This document shows, piece after piece, positions 43,129-50,163 of a stretch of DNA of 64,000 bases; the first letter of the stretch is position 1; each line of letters starts with the position of its first letter. The DNA is from Escherichia phage vB_EcoM_Skers: sequence record MW748999.1; one strand, given 5' to 3'. The notes under the pieces were generated by a model. The model was not told the DNA's origin and searched no databases. It saw nothing but the letters and a program-made list of their open reading frames with translations. Made by a program: the position numbers and the translations under genes.

Positions 43129-43199
43129 TTGATACTCCTTAGTAGTTCGTTTCGGTATGGGTGTATTATGATATACACCCTCTGTTATGTCAACAACTT
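43129..43199 (-). promoter_or_regulatory. PeSL-like early promoter cassette
   Basis: minus-strand TTGACA - 17 nt - CATAAT; hairpin GGGTGTAT/ATACACCC around -10; leader ends AAGGAGTATCAA-ATG. Confidence 0.6.
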
Positions 43200-43379
43200 T
43201 TAGAACATTTTTGAAATTAATTCTGCTTTGATTTCGCAGAGAACATCTAAAGATTTCTCGTCACCTGCTTTTGCGGCTTCTGCTTGCATTTTTGAAATGG
43301 CTTCAATGTCAGTGCAATTATAAGCCGCTTGAACTTTAGCGATTGCGATGATTGCCGATTCGATGGTTAAGTGTTTCAT
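43200..43379 (-). CDS. hypothetical small protein (about 59 aa)
   Basis: hand-translated (MKHLTIESAIIAIAKVQAAYNCTDIEAISKMQ...); flanked by PeSL cassettes on both sides; below track cutoff. Confidence 0.4.
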   Translation of the reverse strand: MKHLTIESAIIAIAKVQAAYNCTDIEAISKMQAEAAKAGDEKSLDVLCEIKAELISKMF

Positions 43380-43447
43380 GTTTGATTCTCCTTTCGTTTC
43401 GGTATGTGTGTATTATAGGGGATCGATGATCCCCTGTCAACAACTTT
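43380..43447 (-). promoter_or_regulatory. PeSL-like early promoter cassette
   Basis: minus-strand TTGACA - GGGGATCATCGATCCCC (palindromic 17-nt spacer) - TATAAT; leader ...GGAGAATCAAAC-ATG. Confidence 0.65.
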
Positions 43448-44002
43448 TTAGTTATTTTTTAATTGCTCATCTTGCAATAGGGCAATCACATGCTGGCGAT
43501 GCTCTTCCGATTGAGGCACACCGAAAAAGTTTGTTTTGTAGAAATACTCTAATCGGTCTTCTCGTGTGCTCTCTTCCATCATGATCGCTGGTAGTCCGAG
43601 ATTTCGGAAACGTCGCTTTTCTGCTGGAGTAAAATCACTGTAATACAACATAGAATCATCATTACCAGCAATGCTAAACTCATCCTTCATAAAGGAGAAT
43701 ATTGCGTTTAAACGCTGTTTACCGTCCACGATTTCGATCTCATAGCGAGAGCCATCATCAATCTTAGCCATTGCGATAGCACCAACCGGAAAATCATTAA
43801 TAAGGTTTTCGATAAACATACGTTTGTTTTCTGTGTCCCATACTAAAGGACGCTGATAATCTGGGTTCATGTTGATATAGCCATCTTCTAACCATGCATC
43901 ATAAACAGAGATGACAAAGTTTTTAGTATTGGTATAGTAACGGCGTTTAGGCGTTAAACGGTTCATGTTATAGTCTCCTGAATGGATCATCACGTAAATC
44001 AA
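43448..44002 (-). CDS. DUF262 / ParB-Srx-superfamily protein (DGxQR motif)
   Basis: motifs PDYQRPLVWDTENKRMFIENLINDFPVG and IVDGKQRLNAI match the DUF262/ParB-like N-terminal domain pattern; true start may be an internal Met near 43966. Confidence 0.6.
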   Translation of the reverse strand: MIYVMIHSGDYNMNRLTPKRRYYTNTKNFVISVYDAWLEDGYINMNPDYQRPLVWDTENKRMFIENLINDFPVGAIAMAKIDDGSRYEIEIVDGKQRLNAIFSFMKDEFSIAGNDDSMLYYSDFTPAEKRRFRNLGLPAIMMEESTREDRLEYFYKTNFFGVPQSEEHRQHVIALLQDEQLKNN

Positions 44003-44300
44003 TATCTTTTAAGAACTCCTCCCATGAATGGCGGATATTGTTCTTAATTCTCCAGATAAGAGCAGGGATTGAACGCTCTCCCATCTGGAAGTATGGATCA
44101 TATGATCCATATGCCCAATATGCTACTACAATTCCACAATCAGCGCAATAATATTCTATTTCACTTGCTGGCGACCAAAGTCCATCAATATGATCGGTGA
44201 TCTTGCTTTCGATGTTATGGCTATGACAATCAGGGCAACGGATGCAATGACCTTGTTTATCGTAATTTGACGTTAGAGAATACTTAAACAATCTCATCAT
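43968..44300 (-). CDS. hypothetical zinc-ribbon protein (110 aa)
   Basis: two CxxC pairs (CIRCPDC ... CADCG); co-oriented and overlapping neighbours. Confidence 0.5.
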   Translation of the reverse strand: MMRLFKYSLTSNYDKQGHCIRCPDCHSHNIESKITDHIDGLWSPASEIEYYCADCGIVVAYWAYGSYDPYFQMGERSIPALIWRIKNNIRHSWEEFLKDIDLRDDPFRRL

Positions 44301-45013
44301 AGATCCTTATTTGCTTCAAATACTGCCTTTGCGAATCCTCGCGGGGTAAGTGACCTTATAGTCTTTGTTTTCGTTCCTTTCCCGCCTAGCTTAGAATGCT
44401 GTTTACTGTACCCTTTATTAATCTGCAAAGGTTTCTTTTCTGGCATTATAAAGCCTTGTCCGGTCCATAAGCAAGTCTTTTTCGGGTACATATCACGGGC
44501 GGCAATATACTCAGGAAACGTAGGATGCTTATCATCTTCCGGCAAATAACCGCCATATTCCCACGGATGGAACATATAATCAGGCTTACGCCACATGCTA
44601 GAGATAACGCTTACAGGATTCTCTATCATGTAGGGAACTCCTAGCCATTCACCCAAATACGCGGTTATTTTGGCTGCCCTTACATCATGAACTTGAATCA
44701 ATGGTCCTTGTTCTCGTTTCTTTCGTTCAAAGTGCGCAGCGCCACTAACAGCTAAATTGGTGCACGGTGGGAATGCAAAGATAATATCCGGTTTCCCCCA
44801 TTCAAGGTCCATTGCTCTTTCCAGCCAGTTCAAATCAATCCAGGTGTTTACATAGGTAATGTTTGGATGTTCAAATCGGGTATTATACTTTTTGTATGTG
44901 CCGTGGTCGGCGTCATCCGCATTAAAGCAGACTACCTTATGACCTGCTTTAGCCCATTCTAGCCCCATTATCCCCGATCCGTCAAAGTTGCAGAATATTA
45001 ATTTTTGTTTCAT
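44297..45013 (-). CDS. truncated DNA C5-cytosine methyltransferase-like protein (238 aa; motifs I, IV, VI only)
   Basis: FCNFDGSG (motif I F-x-G-x-G-like), FPPCTNLAVSGA (motif IV Pro-Cys), MIENP (motif VI ENV-like); no recognisable target-recognition domain or motifs VIII-X. Confidence 0.55.
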   Translation of the reverse strand: MKQKLIFCNFDGSGIMGLEWAKAGHKVVCFNADDADHGTYKKYNTRFEHPNITYVNTWIDLNWLERAMDLEWGKPDIIFAFPPCTNLAVSGAAHFERKKREQGPLIQVHDVRAAKITAYLGEWLGVPYMIENPVSVISSMWRKPDYMFHPWEYGGYLPEDDKHPTFPEYIAARDMYPKKTCLWTGQGFIMPEKKPLQINKGYSKQHSKLGGKGTKTKTIRSLTPRGFAKAVFEANKDL

Positions 45014-45255
45014 ATACGCCCCTTTAATCCAACACAGATTTTAGAAGGTTCTTTGCCGTGCCACATTAAGTAAAGTCCGTTAATGCGGCCTTGTTTTGTA
45101 TATGATTCTTTTCTGATCTTCTTATAGTGTCGTGCTTCCTCAACCGATTGTTTAGAATACCAATCATAAAGGAAGAGGCACAAAGGCCAACCATTAGCGG
45201 CCTTAATGCAGTTATTAAGAAATTCCTTATTGCGTTTAATTAATTTTCTTTTCAC
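45010..45255 (-). CDS. hypothetical basic protein (81 aa)
   Basis: ORF track; start overlaps upstream gene stop. Confidence 0.45.
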   Translation of the reverse strand: MKRKLIKRNKEFLNNCIKAANGWPLCLFLYDWYSKQSVEEARHYKKIRKESYTKQGRINGLYLMWHGKEPSKICVGLKGRI

Positions 45256-45503
45256 GCTGCCCCCATTGGTTTGATAGTAACAGAATCTAAAAGACCTTTG
45301 TTAGCCAGTTCGCGGCAAGTTTTCAGATCCGCAACTTCCCAGCCAGCCGCAATCAGGTTATCAATGAGGCTGTTAGCAACTTCTTCGCTCATGAAAGAGC
45401 ACTGTTTGCCGATGGTGTAGCGTACACGCTGTAATTTCAGTTTACGGAAGCCTTTAACGTTCAGGTCTTTAGCGATTTTCTTTGCGGTTTCGATGTTAGC
45501 CAT
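45252..45503 (-). CDS. hypothetical protein (83 aa), first gene of a five-gene operon
   Basis: ORF track; directly downstream of a PeSL-like promoter cassette. Confidence 0.5.
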   Translation of the reverse strand: MANIETAKKIAKDLNVKGFRKLKLQRVRYTIGKQCSFMSEEVANSLIDNLIAAGWEVADLKTCRELANKGLLDSVTIKPMGAA

Positions 45504-45586
45504 TGTTTGATTCTCCTAAGTGGTATCTCGTCTTGATGGTTGTATTGTAGGGGAGTTATCCTCCCCTGTCAACACTTTTTATAAAA
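45504..45586 (-). promoter_or_regulatory. PeSL-like early promoter cassette
   Basis: minus-strand TTGACA - GGGGAGGATAACTCCCC (palindromic spacer) - TACAAT; leader ...TAGGAGAATCAAACA-ATG. Confidence 0.6.
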
Positions 45587-45754
45587 TCATTTGTTAATTT
45601 CTGGTGCGTTGCTAGGATAGTAACCTTCTTTAACTCCGAGGTATTTCGCAACCATCCCTACAATCTTCTGTGCTACTACAATGTCAAATTTCAGATAATC
45701 TTCGCCGTGGGTTTCAATGATATATGCTTCACATGCTGCTTTCGTCTCGAACAT
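45587..45754 (-). CDS. hypothetical small protein, copy A of duplicated 55-aa gene (MFETKAACEAY...)
   Basis: ORF track 45587..45802, start placed at internal Met directly after the PeSL leader; about 85 percent identical at protein level to hand-translated copy B. Confidence 0.55.
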   Translation of the reverse strand: MFETKAACEAYIIETHGEDYLKFDIVVAQKIVGMVAKYLGVKEGYYPSNAPEINK

Positions 45755-45829
45755 TTTGATTCTCCTATATCTCGTTGGTATGTGTGTAGTATAGGGGATC
45801 ACCGATCCCCGTCAACAACTTTTTTAAAA
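45755..45829 (-). promoter_or_regulatory. PeSL-like early promoter cassette
   Basis: minus-strand TTGACG - GGGATCGGTGATCCCC - TATACT; leader ACACACATACCAACGAGATATAGGAGAATCAAA-ATG. Confidence 0.65.
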
Positions 45830-46111
45830 TTATTCGTGATTAGTTTCGATGTTGTGCATTTTGCACCAGTTCAGCCAATCGCCCAGATCCTGATAGTTGA
45901 TGCTTTTATCTGCTGCCATCGTTTTTGTCTTGATACCCATATGTGCGTTATGAGTAAGCATTTTTACAGTGAACTCGATTTTATCGCCTTTAGCTTTAAC
46001 ATCAACCAGTTTGGTCCACTGGCTACCAGCGCCGCGAATGTTCATACCAACGATGTTTCCGATGTATGCTTCTTTGTTTTTCAGGATTTCGGTTGCTTTG
46101 ATGAATTTCAT
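45830..46111 (-). CDS. hypothetical protein (93 aa)
   Basis: ORF track; PeSL cassette immediately upstream. Confidence 0.5.
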   Translation of the reverse strand: MKFIKATEILKNKEAYIGNIVGMNIRGAGSQWTKLVDVKAKGDKIEFTVKMLTHNAHMGIKTKTMAADKSINYQDLGDWLNWCKMHNIETNHE

Positions 46112-46183
46112 TGTTTGATTCTCCAGTTCGTTTCGGTATGGGTGTATTATGCTATGTTCTTACTTTGGTGTCAACAACTTTTT
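46112..46183 (-). promoter_or_regulatory. PeSL-like early promoter cassette
   Basis: minus-strand TTGACA followed by spacer and CATAAT; leader CACCCATACCGAAACGAACTGGAGAATCAAACA-ATG. Confidence 0.6.
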
Positions 46184-46453
46184 TTAGATATTTTCAGAAA
46201 TAAATTTTAAAACTTGACGTAAATGTTTCTCATCTTTGATAGTCGCCGGAAGTTCTTCTTTTACTTCCTGTGCAAGATAGATATTTCCGTTCCAAGTGAA
46301 AGATCCGTCTTCGTTTACGCGATAGCTGAACATCCACTCGCAATCATTTTCGATTTCATATACACACAGAAGGGTGTAATCGTTAAAGCTATTGATTTCA
46401 AGGTCGAAGCCGTGGCGTTTTGCAAAGTTGGTAGTGGTTTTAGTCAGTGCCAT
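46184..46453 (-). CDS. hypothetical protein (89 aa)
   Basis: ORF track; PeSL cassette immediately upstream. Confidence 0.5.
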   Translation of the reverse strand: MALTKTTTNFAKRHGFDLEINSFNDYTLLCVYEIENDCEWMFSYRVNEDGSFTWNGNIYLAQEVKEELPATIKDEKHLRQVLKFISENI

Positions 46454-46530
46454 TGTTTGATTCTCCTAAGTGGTATCTCGTTTCGATGTGTGTATTATGC
46501 TATAGGCGTGATCTGGTGTCAACAACTTTT
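46454..46530 (-). promoter_or_regulatory. PeSL-like early promoter cassette
   Basis: minus-strand TTGACA - 17 nt - CATAAT; leader ...CGAAACGAGATACCACTTAGGAGAATCAAACA-ATG. Confidence 0.6.
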
Positions 46531-46546
46531 TTAATTTTTTGGAAAT

Positions 46547-46571
46547 AAAAAAAGCCGACACTAAGGTCGGC
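46547..46571 (-). terminator. rho-independent terminator after gene 46580..46891
   Basis: minus-strand GCCGAC-CTTAGT-GTCGGC followed by TTTTTTT. Confidence 0.7.
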
Positions 46572-46579
46572 TAATAAAA

Positions 46580-46891
46580 TCATTTAGACAAATAATCATT
46601 CTGTGCAATCCGGTCAGCATGTTCCGGCGTTACGTCAATTGCAATCACTTTAACGCGCGCTTTCTTGACTGAATTTTCTCGTAGCCAGTGCGTGTGAGCG
46701 TGCACATTTTTATATTTTGATGCTGATGCGGTTTCAAAGGTACGGATCGGACCAGGGTAATCAGCGTAAAGGATCTCTAGGTCATCGGTGATGTAAAAAT
46801 ATACATCATAATTACTGTTCTCTAGTTTAAGCAGAGACTTTCGGAACATTGGGAGATTTTCGCGGGTAAATTCAAAGATATTATCTTTCAT
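46580..46891 (-). CDS. H-x-H-W family small protein, member 1 (103 aa)
   Basis: shares YDVYFYITDDLEI and HAHTHW...VKVIAIDVTPEHAD motifs with five other ORFs in this region. Confidence 0.6.
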   Translation of the reverse strand: MKDNIFEFTRENLPMFRKSLLKLENSNYDVYFYITDDLEILYADYPGPIRTFETASASKYKNVHAHTHWLRENSVKKARVKVIAIDVTPEHADRIAQNDYLSK

Positions 46892-46923
46892 AGTATTATC
46901 CTCAATAGTTGGATGAAAAGGGG

Positions 46924-46946
46924 CGTTAACGCCCCCATATATTAAA
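46924..46946 (-). terminator. hairpin terminator overlapping the stop of gene 46942..47229
   Basis: minus-strand GGGGGCGTTAACGCCCC followed by TTTTCAT. Confidence 0.55.
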
Positions 46947-47229
46947 ACAGTCCTTCCTGTACACCGTAGTAGAGTTCATCGCTGATAATTTCATTAATGC
47001 GACGGTGTGCATATTCCTGATTTGCGAAGTTATCAGCAAGTTCTACTTTAGTTTCGCCGTCATGAGTCCATTTAGTGATAACTTTACCATCTGCAAATTT
47101 GAAGTTGAACTCTTTAGCTACCGCATCGCGTACCAGACGTGCAAACTTATTGTTGCGGATTGCATTGTCGGTTTCGTGTGCAGCGTGAGCGAATTTGTTA
47201 ACTTTCAGGGTGATAGTAATGTATGCCAT
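46942..47229 (-). CDS. hypothetical protein (95 aa)
   Basis: ORF track; PeSL cassette immediately upstream. Confidence 0.5.
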   Translation of the reverse strand: MAYITITLKVNKFAHAAHETDNAIRNNKFARLVRDAVAKEFNFKFADGKVITKWTHDGETKVELADNFANQEYAHRRINEIISDELYYGVQEGLF

Positions 47230-47310
47230 AATTTGATTCTCCTAGTTAGAAAGTGTATCTCGTTTCGATGGGTGTATTATGCTATACACCCGATCTTATG
47301 TCAACACTTT
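47230..47310 (-). promoter_or_regulatory. PeSL-like early promoter cassette
   Basis: minus-strand TTGACA - 17 nt - CATAAT, hairpin GGGTGTATAGCATAATACACCC enclosing the -10; leader ...CTAACTAGGAGAATCAAATT-ATG. Confidence 0.6.
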
Positions 47311-47589
47311 TTATAAAATAATTTTTTGATATTTTTCTATGATGTTCGTGTAAGTCACATCAACCGCTAGCACCGTTGCTTCGAATCCACCGTTTAGCCA
47401 ATGGCTATGATCATGATCGTGAAAGAAACCTAGACCAGTACGAAGACCTTCTTTATATTCTGCGCGTACATTCAGTTTGTCGTCGATAAACAGATAAAAC
47501 CATGAATTTTTACTAGGATTGATGATACAACCTTTCAGATTAGGGAGAATATCACGACTAAGAATAAACTTATCACCTACTTTGAACAT
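47311..47589 (-). CDS. H-x-H-W family small protein, member 2 (92 aa)
   Basis: motifs WFYLFIDDKLNV and HDHDHSHW...ATVLAVDVT. Confidence 0.6.
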   Translation of the reverse strand: MFKVGDKFILSRDILPNLKGCIINPSKNSWFYLFIDDKLNVRAEYKEGLRTGLGFFHDHDHSHWLNGGFEATVLAVDVTYTNIIEKYQKIIL

Positions 47590-47603
47590 AATATTTTCCT
47601 CAC

Positions 47604-47912
47604 TTATAAAGTTTGACCGTTGTTTTTCGCATAATGCTTAATGCGTGCTTGATCTGCTTCCGCTGGTGATAGATTCCATGCAACCACTACAACTTCTGAC
47701 GCATCATGATCATTATCACTTACCCAATGATTATGATTCATACAATTGTTTGCTATCGCGTGAGTAAATGATCTCATTACCGGAGACGTATAATCATAGT
47801 AACGGATTTTCAGATTTTCATCAACGTACAAGTAGATCGTATACGGCTTATATTCAGTAACCAGTAACAGACAGTTACGCAATTCTGGGAAAATCTTTTT
47901 AGTTAATTTCAT
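47604..47912 (-). CDS. H-x-H-W family small protein, member 3 (about 102 aa)
   Basis: ORF track 47604..47993; start placed at internal Met (MKLTKK) just after the upstream stop; motifs YTIYLYVDENLKI and MNHNHW...VVVVAWNLSPAEAD. Confidence 0.55.
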   Translation of the reverse strand: MKLTKKIFPELRNCLLLVTEYKPYTIYLYVDENLKIRYYDYTSPVMRSFTHAIANNCMNHNHWVSDNDHDASEVVVVAWNLSPAEADQARIKHYAKNNGQTL

Positions 47913-47913
47913 T

Positions 47914-48123
47914 TTATAATCCTCGGTCGCGGCTATAGTACACTGTACGCCATACAATTTCATGTTTCGTGTCGCTCCAGCACACGATCTCATTTACTCT
48001 TAAATCTTTGTTATCAACAAAAGATGAACATTGTGACGCTTCTTTCATCATTTTATCTGCTGTTTTCTCATCAAATACAGCACAGATTTCTTTATACACT
48101 CGATAATCTTTAAACTTGCTCAT
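47914..48123 (-). CDS. hypothetical small protein, MSKFKDY paralog 1 (about 69 aa)
   Basis: ORF track 47914..48135 with start at internal Met; N-terminus MSKFKDYRVYKEI...ADKMMKEASQCSSF parallels the adjacent paralog. Confidence 0.5.
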   Translation of the reverse strand: MSKFKDYRVYKEICAVFDEKTADKMMKEASQCSSFVDNKDLRVNEIVCWSDTKHEIVWRTVYYSRDRGL

Positions 48124-48125
48124 AA

Positions 48126-48335
48126 TTAACACCAATCAAGAGTTTTTGAAAACACATCTATCCATTGTTGAGTATATGCGGTTTCTTTCCATGACACAAT
48201 ACCAGTCGAATAATGGTTTTTGTTTCCAGAAAAGGACGGGCATTTTGATGCATCTTCCATCATCTTTTCGGCGAACTCTGGTGCGTATACTCGCAGGATC
48301 TGTTGATATGCTTTATAGTCTTTAAATTTGCTCAT
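48126..48335 (-). CDS. hypothetical small protein, MSKFKDY paralog 2 (69 aa)
   Basis: MSKFKDYKAYQQI...AEKMMEDASKCPSF; tandem with paralog 1. Confidence 0.5.
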   Translation of the reverse strand: MSKFKDYKAYQQILRVYAPEFAEKMMEDASKCPSFSGNKNHYSTGIVSWKETAYTQQWIDVFSKTLDWC

Positions 48336-48600
48336 AATCGTTAACTACCTTATCAGCTTCTTTTATTGTTTTTACATCAACTGCGATAATCCGTAAAGGT
48401 TCGTCGAAGGTCCACCAGTGGTCATGAATATCAGCTTGTGATTTATCACCAAAGGAATCACGAATATCATTTTTACATTTATAGCTAATGTGACCTTCAT
48501 AGTCAACATAAAGGTAATTATCGAAAATCGGCGTTTTTAAGATCATACCGAAAAATCTTTCTTTGTGTGTCTTATCCAGTGTTGCAGTAATTCGCATCAT
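48322..48600 (-). CDS. H-x-H-W family small protein, member 4 (92 aa)
   Basis: motifs NYLYVDYEGHI and HDHWW...RIIAVDVKTIKEAD. Confidence 0.6.
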   Translation of the reverse strand: MMRITATLDKTHKERFFGMILKTPIFDNYLYVDYEGHISYKCKNDIRDSFGDKSQADIHDHWWTFDEPLRIIAVDVKTIKEADKVVNDYEQI

Positions 48601-48612
48601 AATATATTCCTC

Positions 48613-48792
48613 TTAGAAAGGGATGGTCATTTCTTGAGCTTGTACATTCTCGTTAGGATTAAACTTCATCCAACCGATATTGTCTACCAGCATATGCACA
48701 TTTTTATCATATCCTACGTGAGTAGTCAACACTAAATGTGCTTTACCTTCAACGATGATTTCCATGTACTTCTGAACTTCGATAGCTTTCAT
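48613..48792 (-). CDS. hypothetical small protein (about 59 aa)
   Basis: hand-translated (MKAIEVQKYMEIIVEGKAHLVLTTHVGYDKNVHMLVDNIGWMKF...); directly downstream of a PeSL leader; below track cutoff. Confidence 0.4.
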   Translation of the reverse strand: MKAIEVQKYMEIIVEGKAHLVLTTHVGYDKNVHMLVDNIGWMKFNPNENVQAQEMTIPF

Positions 48793-48857
48793 TTTTGATT
48801 CTCCGTTTGTTGTCTTGATGGGAGTATATTACTACTCCCTTTAATCATTGTCAACTA
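48793..48857 (-). promoter_or_regulatory. PeSL-like early promoter cassette
   Basis: minus-strand TTGACA - 17 nt - TAATAT, hairpin GGGAGTAGTAATATACTCCC over -10; leader ...CAAACGGAGAATCAAAA-ATG. Confidence 0.6.
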
Positions 48858-49025
48858 TTATTTGTTAATTTCCGGTGCGTTGCTCGGATAGTAACCTTCT
48901 TTAACACCCAGATATTTCGCAACCATTCCGGTGATCTTCTGTGCTACTACGATATCGAATTTCAGGTAGTCTTCACCGTGGTTTGCTACAATGTATGCTT
49001 CGCATTCTGCTTTAGTCTGGAACAT
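48858..49025 (-). CDS. hypothetical small protein, copy B of duplicated 55-aa gene (MFQTKAECEAY...)
   Basis: hand-translated; protein about 85 percent identical to copy A at 45587..45754; below track cutoff. Confidence 0.5.
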   Translation of the reverse strand: MFQTKAECEAYIVANHGEDYLKFDIVVAQKITGMVAKYLGVKEGYYPSNAPEINK

Positions 49026-49096
49026 TTTTGATTCTCCTATATCTCGTTGGTATGTGTGTAGTATAGGGGATCACCGATCCCCTGTCAACAACTTTT
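49026..49096 (-). promoter_or_regulatory. PeSL-like early promoter cassette (near-identical to the one at 45755..45829)
   Basis: minus-strand TTGACA - GGGGATCGGTGATCCCC - TATACT; leader identical to the cassette upstream of copy A. Confidence 0.65.
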
Positions 49097-49399
49097 TTAT
49101 TCTTCGTCTTTATCTTTATATGCGTATTTCATAAATTTGTCTGCTACTTCATCGGCATGTTCCGATTCTACGTCGGATTCGAGAACAATAGCAAGATCGG
49201 TTTCGTCGTTTCCGTCATACCAATGATTATGGGTATCGTTTTCTTCGATATAGAATGAGTCATTTGGAGTTGGACGACAATATACATCTAAATTCTCATC
49301 GATGTAAAAGATCCAATCTTCGTAAAGAATAACCGTATTAGCCAGATTTTTATTGCCTTCAACGAAAGGTTCAGCTACAAATAGCTTAGTTTGTTCCAT
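49097..49399 (-). CDS. H-x-H-W family small protein, member 5 (about 100 aa)
   Basis: ORF track 49097..49456 with start at internal Met (MEQTKLF); motifs WIFYIDENLDV and THNHW...LAIVLESDVESEHAD. Confidence 0.55.
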   Translation of the reverse strand: MEQTKLFVAEPFVEGNKNLANTVILYEDWIFYIDENLDVYCRPTPNDSFYIEENDTHNHWYDGNDETDLAIVLESDVESEHADEVADKFMKYAYKDKDEE

Positions 49400-49415
49400 A
49401 ATATTTTCCTCAAAA

Positions 49416-49607
49416 TTATACAGCTTCGTAAACTTCCCAATGTTCAGCGCCAGCACGCTTAACGAAAAGGTTTTCTTTGATGTTATTCATAAACGTCTGG
49501 ATGGATTTAATGCGGTTGGAAGGTTTCCAGTCTTCGTTGGAATTGCGTCGATACATCATAACATTACCAGATCGCTTATATTCAGCAACCATTTTAAGAC
49601 CACACAT
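49416..49607 (-). CDS. hypothetical basic protein (63 aa)
   Basis: ORF track; own promoter-like element upstream. Confidence 0.45.
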   Translation of the reverse strand: MCGLKMVAEYKRSGNVMMYRRNSNEDWKPSNRIKSIQTFMNNIKENLFVKRAGAEHWEVYEAV

Positions 49608-49685
49608 AATATTATCCTCAATTTGTGGGAGAGTATTACCCTCCCGATTATTGTTATACTACATTACGCAAAATGGCGTGTCAAT
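49608..49685 (-). promoter_or_regulatory. sigma70-like promoter with 5'-leader stem-loop
   Basis: minus-strand TTGACA - 17 nt - TAGTAT overlapping the 3' end of the upstream gene, then hairpin GGGAG...CTCCC and GAGGATAATATT-ATG. Confidence 0.5.
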
Positions 49686-49966
49686 GCTTCTTTTGCTGTT
49701 CCGCTAAGATTCTCGATCTCTCCTGGCATAACATCAACCGCCAGAACTTCTACAACATCCTCTGATCCTAACCAGTGAGTATGACCTTTGTAGAACTTGA
49801 TATCCCATTTATCGCTATCGCTAGCCCACCACACATCACCGTCGATAAAGTTGATGTAAAGCACACTACGACACATTGAATTAATTACTTTCAATACTGC
49901 GCCTTTCATATCTTCCACGGTATGGTCTTCCATTTTGAAGACCTCACCTACCTGAACTTTTGCCAT
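49664..49966 (-). CDS. H-x-H-W family small protein, member 6 (100 aa)
   Basis: motifs VLYINFIDGDV and GHTHW...VVEVLAVDVMPGE. Confidence 0.55.
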   Translation of the reverse strand: MAKVQVGEVFKMEDHTVEDMKGAVLKVINSMCRSVLYINFIDGDVWWASDSDKWDIKFYKGHTHWLGSEDVVEVLAVDVMPGEIENLSGTAKEALTRHFA

Positions 49967-49983
49967 TTAGTCACCTCTCTTTA

Positions 49984-50163
49984 TTACATAACAATCACGC
50001 CAGCCGTTGAAAGTTGATGTTTCAACTGAGCATTTTCTGCTACTGTCAAATCAATGATTTCTTGTGACGCTGCAATCATATAGCCATTGGTGATATTGTT
50101 TTTCATCAGTTCAATGGTTTCTTCGTTGTAGCGGATTTTAGCGATGATTTCGTTGAAGTTCAT
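49984..50163 (-). CDS. hypothetical small protein (about 59 aa)
   Basis: ORF track 49984..50229 with start at internal Met (MNFNEI) directly after the PeSL leader. Confidence 0.45.
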   Translation of the reverse strand: MNFNEIIAKIRYNEETIELMKNNITNGYMIAASQEIIDLTVAENAQLKHQLSTAGVIVM

